Positions 34,201 through 43,030 of a DNA stretch of 64,000 nt are shown piece by piece. The stretch lies in NCBI GenBank assembly GCA_016927275.1, contig JAFGMW010000030.1:8135-72134 (forward strand). The letters run 5' to 3'. The position numbers were made by a program, and so were the translations under genes. Under the pieces are notes generated by a model. That model had not been told where the DNA came from and searched no databases. It saw nothing but the letters and a program-made list of their open reading frames with translations. Numbering within the stretch: the first letter of the stretch is position 1; each line of letters opens with the position of its first letter. This stretch comes from Pseudomonadota bacterium. Its GTDB lineage: Bacteria > UBA10199 > 2-02-FULL-44-16 > JAAZCA01.

Positions 34201-36067
34201 GTCGTTCAGGCAGCTGGTGAGCAGCCTTATAGCGGAGGGGTTCCCTGACAACGCAGAGGCGCAGCAGGCGCTCGACGGGATATTCGACGACAAGGATCTG
34301 AGAAATTTTCTTTACGAGTACGAGAAACTCCTCACCATCAGGAAGGCGCCGGACGGGATGTTCGGCCCCCCGCTCTCGTTCGAGGAGATATTCCTGATCC
34401 CGATCTACCAGACTGTCATGCTCTCCGAGAGGCTGGAGGCGCAGGCTGCCTATGAGGGTAAGCCGGGCGGCTTCAGGGCGCTTGGCGGCGGGTGCTCGAT
34501 CGCGCCCGCTGTGGAGGAGGCGAGGGGCCCAGCGGGGGCGGGCTCGAAGGTCGGCTCCGTGCTCAAGCGGATATGGGACCTCATCGTACCTGACGCAGGG
34601 GCCGCGGTCTGCGGCGACGGCATCAAGGATGCGCCGGAGGAGTGTGACCCCAAGCTAGATCCTACGGGGTGCGAAGGTCCCTTCATATGTGTCAACGATT
34701 CGAATTTGAAGCCGTGCACCTGTATCCGCAAGAGGCCGTACGTTCCATTGTGCGGCGACGGGATCATCGAGGGCACGGAGCAGTGCGACGGGTGGAATGC
34801 CGATCTCCCCTGCGGGGCCGGCAATGTGTGCGTGAACTGCCGATGCATTTCAACGCCGCCTATCGAACAGGCCCCTGCGTCGCCCGCTGCCGACACGCCG
34901 GCGGCGATAGCAGCCAAGATCCTGGCGCAGCTCAAGCTCCCCAAGGGACAGATCATGCCCGGCCACAGGGAGACGACGGCCCTGATAAGGATCCCTTCGA
35001 AGACGGCGGCCGGGGAGGGGCCGGCCGAGGCCGCTCCGCAGGGCGGCGGCCTGCAGAACGACGACTGCGTCGTCAGGTGCGCCACGTTCCCGGGCGAGAA
35101 GGCTGCCGAGAAGTACAAGGCGCTCAACGACGAGATCCGCGCGATCACCGGGAGATCGGACGACTTCATCTGCCCGCCCGAGCAGGGCGTGACGGTCCTC
35201 TGTCGCGTGGACGGGGCCAGCGCGCCGGGCGCCGCCCCCTCCGAGCTTTCGCTTTCGCTCTCGGGGACGCCGCTCCCCGGCATACCTGGGAACCTCATGC
35301 CGTACTCGGTGGTCCAGACCGACGGCTCCAAGTTCATAGACGAGACGACGCTCGAGTTCCGCACCTTCGAGACCCTGGATAAGCCGATCCAGCTTATCCC
35401 CCTCGATCAGCAGGCGGCCGGGATGGTGGTCCCGTCCATGGCCATGAGCCTGGGCGCAATGCCCATGATCGCCACCTCGATCTCCGGGGCGGCGGAGGGG
35501 ACGCTCCTGGTCAACAACATGTATTCGCACAGGGTCATCAGCTCGGGCTCCGAGGAGGCGGTGTCGCTCGGTCTCTCCCAGACCCCGCAGGGCCTGCTCC
35601 CCGGGACAGCGGTCACGATACATGAGATGAAGTTCCGCACGGTGAACACGGGCGGCTCCTGGACCGCGGTCGAAGGCGCAATGCCCGGGCTCAAGCCGAT
35701 CGAGGAGCGAATCGACTGGGAGCAGCTCAAATCGATGCTGGCCGAAAGGGTCGCGCAGCTTGGCGGCGCCGCCCCGAGGGCCTCGCTCTACGTGGACACG
35801 GCGTATCCTGTTGTGCCGAACCAGCGCTATGCGTTCGGCCTCTACCAGGAAAAATACGCTGCAGCAGGGGGCACGACCGATACCGTCGATGTCCCGTTCG
35901 GCTTCATCGTCGGCGAGCCCATGATAGGCGCCCAAGGGGGCGGGTGCGGATGCTTCGTGGGAAGCTCTGCACCTACCGCCTCGTCGGTCCTGCCCCTGAT
36001 CATTGCCCTGCTTGCGCCGGCAGGGGGCATCGCATATTTGCGAATCCGCAGACGCAACAGGAAGTAA
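31271..36067 (+). CDS. Large secreted/surface protein, 1598 aa, with Cys-rich CGDG repeats and a C-terminal sorting-like tail
   Basis: Signal peptide; two CGDG..EE/QCD repeats; C-terminal GGGCGC, TM helix, RIRRRNRK. Confidence 0.85.
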   Translation: MKRACLLVLAVAALLAAITTAAIAQELKAGFSKPVLIGGDNPASPASSAAAMIEFFSHPVVEGARNFKVERDKIEADSLSVYIDDVFATPGAATGKAVSATSPIMDNPGARVASPGIEPINPLGPNDMSLSTSTGFKMTWGLDYSLAEGENVEGRRLALGDVRVEEEGEFKALFGKDPLDTLLIGGARLALLGNASEVSPYDSAYPATVVAKNEAFQWCSIPRFKMPWLGHKKCLMPLGSHEYKDVLIYDAVDIGNGIVGVAYDPFIVRNEMEWYLNVNGFATPPGYVSMTVPPVHTGVRGIAYHSPLVLFRKAGEGASARYKFSGYSSFQFPQIEPGKKIGEILWPFILTNWMVPLASNPIAIEAVDPKDPLDRSYSDLAVLYRNLLLNLDATVHGFRARPAVFETDLSAVDSSLAGHKTFRDMLGVCSDDACTSISSGVTEDLFPDRTFALMVVWRQAGRWLNSAASGEYEKMNPSHVFQPEGATAIVGGDAYDMAVLTDFAEDTEGLRKQHILIPSAYDAPGSDAVLYVVDENSRRIGTRPIKKVDPAFMADPIEYESGTCGYIDFVPARPTPLLLPGLIKVPRPADGLVPYRIESGRITDDRCADFVITWRGSGIVADPENAGHVKFDDGAGRMFSNSVTLGLRRETVPGACSNYAEIEYRTIDVPSTAGELPQIAAAAVGRFMHEGEGGYASAALKADILAGNAVPESDGDGAYSSHAYLFKAALDYSTLPQDMERFRTGFASFEEKAKAAGVADISAKRADEGPDAIAQVTGRPLMLPDAGCPDYSSGSDDPTVGSVFQTYRSVIANLWSAHWTSVSPAMYKVAIPFRDDQFHPLPVGCGEPEPCVISWKGKEYRLPFYKDDPCCKVPCSEPMEFEVSPCGSYFSNQYMPFSCDIVEYRKAWFDCDTSSSTSRNGSEGTTDVIVGHDRGAIAVASELRPAQFASQNSRQVPGTAGQVPGANVLRTDQESPLSFRQLVSSLIAEGFPDNAEAQQALDGIFDDKDLRNFLYEYEKLLTIRKAPDGMFGPPLSFEEIFLIPIYQTVMLSERLEAQAAYEGKPGGFRALGGGCSIAPAVEEARGPAGAGSKVGSVLKRIWDLIVPDAGAAVCGDGIKDAPEECDPKLDPTGCEGPFICVNDSNLKPCTCIRKRPYVPLCGDGIIEGTEQCDGWNADLPCGAGNVCVNCRCISTPPIEQAPASPAADTPAAIAAKILAQLKLPKGQIMPGHRETTALIRIPSKTAAGEGPAEAAPQGGGLQNDDCVVRCATFPGEKAAEKYKALNDEIRAITGRSDDFICPPEQGVTVLCRVDGASAPGAAPSELSLSLSGTPLPGIPGNLMPYSVVQTDGSKFIDETTLEFRTFETLDKPIQLIPLDQQAAGMVVPSMAMSLGAMPMIATSISGAAEGTLLVNNMYSHRVISSGSEEAVSLGLSQTPQGLLPGTAVTIHEMKFRTVNTGGSWTAVEGAMPGLKPIEERIDWEQLKSMLAERVAQLGGAAPRASLYVDTAYPVVPNQRYAFGLYQEKYAAAGGTTDTVDVPFGFIVGEPMIGAQGGGCGCFVGSSAPTASSVLPLIIALLAPAGGIAYLRIRRRNRK

Positions 36068-36070
36068 ACG

Positions 36071-36098
36071 GATTACGAGTCACGAGTCACGAGTTACG
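36071..36098. repeat. Heptamer array x4
   Basis: GATTACG AGTCACG AGTCACG AGTTACG immediately after the stop codon. Confidence 0.85.
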
Positions 36099-36116
36099 GA
36101 ATTCAGTGAGGGACCG

Positions 36117-36147
36117 GCCCGAGGCTAATAACCTCGGGCTGTTTTTT
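36117..36147 (+). terminator. Rho-independent terminator
   Basis: GCCCGAGG-loop-CCTCGGGC followed by TGTTTTTT. Confidence 0.75.
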
Positions 36148-36244
36148 GAGCGTCTTATAAACGGATTCGGCGTTGACTTTCCTGAAAAAACCAATAAAAT
36201 CGCATAAAACAACGTCAATACTGCACTTACAGGGGGAGGGGGAG

Positions 36245-37567
36245 ATGCCCAGAAAATTTGCCGTAACGCTGTTTCTGGCAGTCCTGGCCGTGTTCATCGC
36301 GGGCCACGCCCATGCGGCGCATAATGCGGATGTCATAACGATCAATCCGGCGACCGACGGCGGCAAGTACCTCACGATCTACCAGTCCAACACCCTGCCG
36401 CAGTGGGGCTGGAACGCAGGGGGATACATCGACTACGGCTTCGAGCCGCTGGAGTACGCGGACGCAGCCGGCCGGAGGCGGCGCGGGATAGTCGACGACC
36501 TGCTCATGGCCAACATCATGGGCGCAATCGGCTGGACCGACTGGTGGTCCACGGGCGTGAACATACCGGTCGCCATCTGGGAGGCGTTCATCAACCCCAA
36601 CCAGCCCGCCGGGGCCGCCACCAAGGAGAACTTATACGGCAAGCTCGGCGATGTGCGGTTCGAGACAAAATTCCGGATCCTCAACATCGAGCGCTATCAC
36701 CTGGGCCTTGCGGTCATCCCGTTCTTCTATTTCCCCACTGGCAAGGAGTCGACCTTTCTGGGCAACGGCATGTGGTCGCCCGGCGGCATCATCGCCTTCG
36801 ATGCGGACATAAAGAACCGGGTGTTTCTCGCCCTCAACGTGGGATATCGCAACTACGCGAAGACCCGTTACGACGCCAACAACGCCAACGCGGTGATCGA
36901 CGACACGCTCATCCTCAACGGCGGCGTCAACGTGCGCATCAACGACTCGTGGGCGGTGCTGGGCGAGGTCCTCTCCGAGGGGGTGCTCAGCGGCTACTGG
37001 AAAAACCAGCTGCAGAACCCGGCCGAGTTCCTCGTGGGCGGACGGTGGACCCCCCAGACCAGGGCCAAGGGCCTCACGGTCTCGCTGGCCGGAGGCAGGG
37101 GGATAACCACCGGTATCGGTTCGCCCGACTTGCGAGTGCTGGTGGGCGTCAACTATCGCCGCGCAGAGGTCGGGCCGCCGCCGCCGGTCGCGGTGGAGGC
37201 CGCGGTGGAGGAGAAGATCGTCATCACGCAGAAGATACATTTTGAGTTCGCCAGGCACAACATCAGGCCGATCTCCTACCCGATCGTGGACGACGTGGCC
37301 TATCTGCTGTCGCGCAACCCGCAGATCAGGCTCGTCAGGGTCGAGGGTCACACCGACTGGATCGGCTCCGACGCCTCCAACCAGCTCCTCTCCGAACGCC
37401 GCGCGAACGCGGTGCGCGACTACCTCATCGGAAAAGGTATAGAGCCCGACAGGCTGGTCTCGGTGGGCTACGGCGAGACGAGGCCGGTCGCGGACAACAA
37501 CACCGTCGAGGGTCGCGCGCGCAACCGCCGCACCGAGTTCACGGTTGTGCAGGTCGCTCCGCAGTGA
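36245..37567 (+). CDS. OmpA family outer-membrane protein
   Basis: Signal peptide, beta-barrel-like N domain, Pro linker, VEGHTD..N..LSERRA..V..GYGE..NRR. Confidence 0.92.
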   Translation: MPRKFAVTLFLAVLAVFIAGHAHAAHNADVITINPATDGGKYLTIYQSNTLPQWGWNAGGYIDYGFEPLEYADAAGRRRRGIVDDLLMANIMGAIGWTDWWSTGVNIPVAIWEAFINPNQPAGAATKENLYGKLGDVRFETKFRILNIERYHLGLAVIPFFYFPTGKESTFLGNGMWSPGGIIAFDADIKNRVFLALNVGYRNYAKTRYDANNANAVIDDTLILNGGVNVRINDSWAVLGEVLSEGVLSGYWKNQLQNPAEFLVGGRWTPQTRAKGLTVSLAGGRGITTGIGSPDLRVLVGVNYRRAEVGPPPPVAVEAAVEEKIVITQKIHFEFARHNIRPISYPIVDDVAYLLSRNPQIRLVRVEGHTDWIGSDASNQLLSERRANAVRDYLIGKGIEPDRLVSVGYGETRPVADNNTVEGRARNRRTEFTVVQVAPQ

Positions 37568-37590
37568 TGCGCCGACATTGATATTTTCAC

Positions 37591-37620
37591 ACGGGGGGCC
37601 TTCAAGCCCCCTGTTTTTTT
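37591..37620 (+). terminator. Rho-independent terminator
   Basis: ACGGGGGGC-loop-GCCCCCTGT followed by a T tract. Confidence 0.75.
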
Positions 37621-37725
37621 GATATCGGCGCGTCATCGCTGCGCCGCGGGGTCCTTTGGCGGGCGTTGCGATCCCCCTCAGTCCCGGCCTTGCAAGGGAT
37701 CGCTTCGTCGCATATGCTCCTCGCA

Positions 37726-39870
37726 ATGACGGATGATAGATACCACAGACATCCGCTGGCCACGCCCGTCCAGTACGTCAAGGGGGTCGGCCCCGCGCTC
37801 GCCTCCATACTCGGCCGGATGGGCGTGCTCACCGTCGGCGATCTGCTCGCGGTGACCCCGATCCGCTACATCGACAGGAGAAGGATCCTCGCGATCTCGG
37901 AGCTCTCTCCCGGAGGTGACAGGACCGTGCAGGGCAGGGTGGTCGCCTCCGGGGTCTCGTTCATGGGCGCCCGGCGCAAGCGCATCTACGAGGTGGTGGT
38001 TGACGACGGGACCGGCAAGGTCTCGGCCAAATTCTTCCACTTCAGGCAGAGCTACATGCGCGAGAAGTTCAAGCCCGGGGTGGAGCTCATGCTCTCGGGC
38101 GACGTCTCGGCGTACGGGCGCACGCACCAGTTCATCCATCCGGAGATGGAGACGCTCTCCGAGGGCGGCTCCGCGCCCGAGTCCGCTGGCAGGATCATGC
38201 CCGTCTATCCGCTCACGGAGGGGCTCTACCAGAAGACCATGCGCAGGATCGTCCGCAACGCCTGGGACGCCTACAACACCCACATCAAGCCGGTATTCCC
38301 AGAGCCGTTCGCAGAGCGGCACCGCCTCTGCGACCCGTGGGAGTGCCTGCAGGAGATCCACTTCCCATCGCCAGACCTCGACCCCGAGCTGCTCGCCATC
38401 GGCCGCTCCGCCGCCCACCGCACCCTCATATTCGACGAGTTCTTCTTCCTGGAGCTCGGGCTGGCCCTCAGGAGGCGGCAGCACACGGTGAAGCAGGGGA
38501 TTAGGTTCGCCGCGGACGACGGCGCTCACCAGAGGCTCGTCTCAGCGCTGCCTTTTCAGCTCACCGAGGCGCAGAGCAGGGTGATCTCGGAGATATTTTC
38601 GGACATGGAGAAACCGGTCCCCATGAACAGGCTGCTCCAGGGGGACGTGGGCAGCGGCAAGACCGTGGTCGCGCTCGCGGCCGCCGACAAGGCGCGCGCC
38701 TGTGGTTTCCAGACCGCCATCATGGCCCCCACCGAGATACTCGCGGAGCAGCACTACTCGACGATCGAGAGGCTGGCGGGCGCGCTCGGGCTCAATCACG
38801 CGCTGCTCACCAGCTCGGTGAAGGGCAAGGAGCGCTCGATCGTGCTCGCGGGGATCGCGGACGGCTCGGTGTCGCTCGCGGTCGGCACCCACGCCCTGAT
38901 CCAGGAGGGGGTCAACTTCAAGAGGCTCGGCTTCGTGGTGGTGGACGAGCAGCACCGCTTCGGCGTGATGCAGCGCGCGCAGCTCAGGCGCAAGGGCGCC
39001 CCCGGTGCCGGGGACGGGGCCTGGCCCGACGTGCTGGTCATGACCGCAACGCCGATCCCGAGAACCCTCGCGATGACCCTCTACGGGGACCTCGACGTCT
39101 CGGTGATCGACGAGATGCCGAAGGGGCGGCTTCCGATAATCACGCGCCTCTACGAGGAGCGCCAGCGCGCAAAGCTCTACGAGGGCATACGCCACGAGCT
39201 CGTTCTCGGGCGCCAGGCGTACGTGGTCTACCCCCTGATCGAGGAGAGCGAGAAGCTCGACCTCAAGGACGCCACCGCGATGTGCAGGGAGCTCAAGCGC
39301 GTGTTCGAGCCGCACCATCGTGTGGAGCTCCTTCACGGCCGCATGCCGGGCGAAGAGAAGGAGGCCGTCATGGCCGAGTTCAAGGCGGGATCGATACACG
39401 TGCTCGCCGCGACCTCTGTCGTGGAGGTGGGCGTGGACGTTCCCAACGCCTCGGTGATGGTGATAGAGCACGCGGAGCGCTTCGGGCTGGCGCAGCTGCA
39501 CCAGCTGAGGGGCAGGGTGGGCCGCTCCACGCACCAGTCGTACTGCATCCTCATGGCCGACTACCGCAGGTCAGAGGACGCGCGCCAGAGGCTCAAGGTC
39601 ATGACCGAGACGACCGACGGATTCAGGATCGCGGAGGAGGACCTCGCCCTCAGGGGGCCGGGCGAGTTCATGGGCACGCGCCAGTCGGGCATACCTCCGT
39701 TTCGGATCGCCAACCTCGCGCGAGACATCGGCATCCTCTCCAAGGCCCGCGAGGCGGCGTTCGAGCTCGCCGAATCGGACCCCGGCCTGGAGAAACCTGA
39801 GAACGCACGAATCAGGGAGGTGCTGCTCGCCCGCTGGGAGGGCCGCCTCACGCTCGCGGACATCAGCTAG
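37726..39870 (+). CDS. recG: ATP-dependent DNA helicase RecG
   Basis: VKGVGP, QGDVGSGKT, DEQHRFG, TATPIPRT, QLRGRVGR, GTRQSG; start approximate. Confidence 0.97.
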   Translation: MTDDRYHRHPLATPVQYVKGVGPALASILGRMGVLTVGDLLAVTPIRYIDRRRILAISELSPGGDRTVQGRVVASGVSFMGARRKRIYEVVVDDGTGKVSAKFFHFRQSYMREKFKPGVELMLSGDVSAYGRTHQFIHPEMETLSEGGSAPESAGRIMPVYPLTEGLYQKTMRRIVRNAWDAYNTHIKPVFPEPFAERHRLCDPWECLQEIHFPSPDLDPELLAIGRSAAHRTLIFDEFFFLELGLALRRRQHTVKQGIRFAADDGAHQRLVSALPFQLTEAQSRVISEIFSDMEKPVPMNRLLQGDVGSGKTVVALAAADKARACGFQTAIMAPTEILAEQHYSTIERLAGALGLNHALLTSSVKGKERSIVLAGIADGSVSLAVGTHALIQEGVNFKRLGFVVVDEQHRFGVMQRAQLRRKGAPGAGDGAWPDVLVMTATPIPRTLAMTLYGDLDVSVIDEMPKGRLPIITRLYEERQRAKLYEGIRHELVLGRQAYVVYPLIEESEKLDLKDATAMCRELKRVFEPHHRVELLHGRMPGEEKEAVMAEFKAGSIHVLAATSVVEVGVDVPNASVMVIEHAERFGLAQLHQLRGRVGRSTHQSYCILMADYRRSEDARQRLKVMTETTDGFRIAEEDLALRGPGEFMGTRQSGIPPFRIANLARDIGILSKAREAAFELAESDPGLEKPENARIREVLLARWEGRLTLADIS

Positions 39871-39895
39871 GATGCTTCGGGTCCCTGCCTACCCT

Positions 39896-39995
39896 ATTCC
39901 AATTACCGAATAACCAAACGCGATGTTTTTGTTTGATTATTGGAATTTCGGTTATTGGAATTTATTTGGAGTTTGGTGCTTGGGATTTGGAATTT
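39896..39995. repeat. AT-rich degenerate fold-back repeat (TTGG-cored units)
   Basis: ATTCCAATTACCGAATAACCAAAC faces GTTTGATTATTGGAATTTCGGTTATTGGAAT, then further TTGG units. Confidence 0.65.
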
Positions 39996-40083
39996 TATTT
40001 ATTGTCCTCCGATCCGCCGGCCACCCGAAGCATACTTCCAGAAATGTTGACTGAGGGGGGATGTGTGGTATCAAGGGCGCCTT

Positions 40084-40944
40084 ATGGGCGATCCCTGCGA
40101 CATAGGGAGGCTCCCGCCGTGGCTCCGAAAGGGGGCCGGCGAGGCCGCCTCCACCCATGCCATGAAGAAGCGGCTCAGGGTTCGGGGCCTCCACACTGTC
40201 TGCGAAGAGGCCCGGTGCCCGAACCTGGGGGAGTGCTTTGCCCGCGGCACAGCTGCTATAATGATAATGGGCGCGGCGTGCACTCGCGCCTGCCGGTTCT
40301 GTGCGGTGGGGACCGGCATCTTGGCCCCCCTCAACCCTATGGAGCCGTCGAGGGTCGCGGAACAGGTCAGGGAGATGGGTCTTGGACATGTGGTGATAAC
40401 CTCGGTCACCCGCGACGATCTCGCAGACGGGGGCGCTGCCCATTTTGCCGCGACTGTATCGGCGGTCAGAGAGCGGTGCCCTGCTGCTATCGAGGTCCTG
40501 ACCCCGGACTTCGAGGGGAGGGAAGGCGACATAAGGACCGTCTGCAGCGCAGCACCCGATATCTTCAACCACAACGTCGAGACGGTGGAGAGGCTTTCTC
40601 CGTCGATCAGGGACAGGGCCTCCTACGGCCGATCGCTCGAGGTCCTCGCCGTCGCAAAGGCCCTCATGAGCGGCGGGCTCATAAAATCGGGCCTCATGGT
40701 GGGACTGGGCGAGAGCGACGAGGAGGTCGAGGACACGATAATCGACCTCGCGAAGATAGGTTGCGACGTCGTGACCATAGGACAGTACCTGAGGCCGACA
40801 AAGGCCAACATGCCGGTGGCGCGCTACGTTGAACCCGAGATATTTCGGAAATATGAGGCAATGGGGTTAAAGCATGGAATCAAACATATGTTTTGCGGCC
40901 CTTTTGTGCGCAGCTCATACCTGGCAGATAAAGCGTTACTTTAA
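40084..40944 (+). CDS. lipA: Lipoyl synthase
   Basis: CEEARCPNLGEC, CTRACRFC, NHNVET, GQYL.P, VRSSY. Confidence 0.96.
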   Translation: MGDPCDIGRLPPWLRKGAGEAASTHAMKKRLRVRGLHTVCEEARCPNLGECFARGTAAIMIMGAACTRACRFCAVGTGILAPLNPMEPSRVAEQVREMGLGHVVITSVTRDDLADGGAAHFAATVSAVRERCPAAIEVLTPDFEGREGDIRTVCSAAPDIFNHNVETVERLSPSIRDRASYGRSLEVLAVAKALMSGGLIKSGLMVGLGESDEEVEDTIIDLAKIGCDVVTIGQYLRPTKANMPVARYVEPEIFRKYEAMGLKHGIKHMFCGPFVRSSYLADKALL

Positions 40945-40958
40945 CCGATGGAGGCGAG

Positions 40959-41483
40959 ATGGGAAGGCTGACTGAGAGCATTGCGATCAAAGCGCCGATC
41001 GAGAAGGTCTTTGAGGTGATCACCGATTTCGAGAGCTATCCCGGCTTTCTCTCTGAGATCGAGAGCGCCAGGGTGGTGAAGAGGGGCAAGGCGAAGGTCG
41101 AGGTGGCATTCACGGCGAACATCGTAAGCCGCATCAATTATACGCTGGAGATGAGGCCCTCCCCGCCGAAGAGGCTGGAGTGGTCGCTGGTTGAGGGCGA
41201 TATCATGGAGGGCAACGACGGATCCTGGGAACTCACCAGGCTCGAGCCGAATCTTACGGACGCCACGTTCAGCGTAGAGGTCAAGCTCCCGTTCTGGGTG
41301 CCGGCGGGCTTTGCCGACGCCACGCTCAAGTCAGGGCTGCCGAAGATGATGGCTGGATTCAAGTCAGAGGCGGAGAAGAGGGCATCTCCCAGGCCTGCCG
41401 CGAAAAAACCCGCGGCAAAGAAGAAGGGCGGGCTAAATTCGAAAACAGAGACGAGATCAAGAAAACTGATCAAGAGAAGCTGA
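40959..41483 (+). CDS. SRPBCC/START (Coq10/RatA-like) family protein
   Basis: I.APIEKVFEVITDFESYPGF, N.GSWEL; its stop codon lies in direct repeat 1. Confidence 0.85.
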   Translation: MGRLTESIAIKAPIEKVFEVITDFESYPGFLSEIESARVVKRGKAKVEVAFTANIVSRINYTLEMRPSPPKRLEWSLVEGDIMEGNDGSWELTRLEPNLTDATFSVEVKLPFWVPAGFADATLKSGLPKMMAGFKSEAEKRASPRPAAKKPAAKKKGGLNSKTETRSRKLIKRS

Positions 41484-41485
41484 GA
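41447..41485 (+). repeat. 39-bp direct repeat, copy 1
   Basis: AGAGACGAGATCAAGAAAACTGATCAAGAGAAGCTGAGA; 37/39 identical to 42616-42654. Confidence 0.9.
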
Positions 41486-41631
41486 AGAGAGAGAGAATTG
41501 TCGCCTCATAACTTATTGTAATTACATCATAATCGGCAAGCACACGAAGATTTGACGCAACATTTCCTGTGAAGTGACGATAAATATTCAAGGGGGGCAG
41601 GACTCTAAGGAAATCATAAGGAGTGTCCCCC

Positions 41632-42543
41632 ATGGCGGCAGTCACCCCAACATCCCCCTTTTGCAACGGAATCACGACATCAGCAGCGTCCACGTCTTTT
41701 ACTACAGGCAATATCGCCGGCCACACGATGGTGGGGATTCCAGGCGGTCTTACTGTCATAGGATCTACTGTCAAATCACGGTTCGCTGACGTGCAGAACC
41801 CACCGGAGTGGGTTCTGCTCCAGCCATATTTCATCGGCGAGACGACTGTAAGCGAATCGCAGTATAGCGAGATCATGGGTGCCAGGGGCCCTCAAATGGA
41901 GCGGAATGGCACAAAGCAGTACCGCCTTGATCTGGGCGATTTTCCCGGAAATCATCCCGCAATCCTTACCAAATTGTCCACACAAGTGGAGGCTTATCTA
42001 AAAAAGATAGGGGCTCAACTTGATCTGCCCAATGAGGACCAGTGGGAGAACGCGGCCAGGGGCCCAGCGGTCAACATACAGCAACTCATGGAGGAGGAGA
42101 CTGGCAAATTCACGCCTGCCGACGTGGTAGATTTCGTGGCCGGTCGGTTCGAGAATCTTGTATTCAAAGTCCTCGGAGAGATATTCACTGACCCGAGGGT
42201 GAGGGCCTTCCAAAAGATGATGAGCGAGGGTATTCCCTTTTTCGGCTGGCGAGTCTTTGGCACGCCTTCGGGTCGTCTGTCCCATGAGGAAGCATGGTTT
42301 GGCCAGGGATACAACGGCAAGACCGCACCCGTGAACTGGGGCCCGAAAAACGCCTATGGTCTGTTCAATATGACCGGCAATGTCAAGGAGCTGGTGCGGG
42401 ATGGCAGTGGTCGCAGCGGGTTGCGCGGCGGCTCCTGGTCCGACGAAGCCGACTATGTGATGTTGCGCGCGGGGGACCGCAGCAACGAATACACTCCGGA
42501 AGACGATATCGGTTTTCGCGTGTCGGCCACTTCCAAAGAGTGA
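41632..42543 (+). CDS. FGE-sulfatase (SUMF1) / C-type lectin fold domain protein
   Basis: AAGGAG RBS; LPNEDQWENAARG, PKNAYGLFNMTGNV.E, LRGGSW, IGFRV. Confidence 0.88.
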   Translation: MAAVTPTSPFCNGITTSAASTSFTTGNIAGHTMVGIPGGLTVIGSTVKSRFADVQNPPEWVLLQPYFIGETTVSESQYSEIMGARGPQMERNGTKQYRLDLGDFPGNHPAILTKLSTQVEAYLKKIGAQLDLPNEDQWENAARGPAVNIQQLMEEETGKFTPADVVDFVAGRFENLVFKVLGEIFTDPRVRAFQKMMSEGIPFFGWRVFGTPSGRLSHEEAWFGQGYNGKTAPVNWGPKNAYGLFNMTGNVKELVRDGSGRSGLRGGSWSDEADYVMLRAGDRSNEYTPEDDIGFRVSATSKE

Positions 42544-42567
42544 TAGCGATATTTATTCATTACTTTC

Positions 42568-42595
42568 GCCGCGCACTCGTCATCGGGTGCGCGGC
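42568..42595 (+). other. GC-rich hairpin downstream of the FGE gene
   Basis: GCCGCGCACTCG-TCAT-CGGGTGCGCGGC; weak U tract. Confidence 0.65.
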
Positions 42596-42615
42596 AGTGT
42601 TTTATGGGACGACTT

Positions 42616-42687
42616 AGAGACGAGATCGGGAAAACTGATCAAGAGAAGCTGAGACGAGAGAGAAGAGACGAGAGAGAAGAGACGAGA
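42616..42687 (+). repeat. 39-bp direct repeat, copy 2, plus 14-bp tandem repeat (GAGACGAGAGAGAA x2.6)
   Basis: Read directly; ends 4 nt from the stop codon of the left four-helix gene. Confidence 0.9.
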
Positions 42688-42691
42688 TTGC

Positions 42692-43027
42692 CTATGGCAA
42701 GGCCCTGATTTTAACATAGGCCAATCTGAGGCGCGATTTGAGTGCGGCTTGCTCTGGCCGATGGATGAGGCCATAGACAAGGGCGAGATCAAGACAGGCC
42801 CCGACCTCGGCAATAGAACCCATGGATATTTCGAAGAAGCGGCGGCGCTCGCGAGAGGATGAGCGCTTGCCGTTGCCCTCCGCAAGATTGAGTACAGCAG
42901 ACGACATGGCGCGCTGAACCTGATCGACCATAAAACCATAGCCCCGGGGCCACTTGGCGACCCTTTTTGCAAGGTCCTCTGCCGCTTGGATCAACTGCCT
43001 GAAACATTCCAGTTTTTCGTGATTCAT
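42692..43027 (-). CDS. Four-helix-bundle protein (23S rRNA IVS / S23-like family)
   Basis: GGAGGT RBS; HEKLE, DQ..RA.SS..LNLAEG, F..S.GS..E. Confidence 0.88.
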   Translation of the reverse strand: MNHEKLECFRQLIQAAEDLAKRVAKWPRGYGFMVDQVQRAMSSAVLNLAEGNGKRSSSRERRRFFEISMGSIAEVGACLDLALVYGLIHRPEQAALKSRLRLAYVKIRALP

Positions 43028-43030
43028 AGT

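Noticed and set aside
41447..42690. CRISPR array
   Set aside because: Only two long repeats, 1.1 kb apart; no regular spacers and no cas genes.
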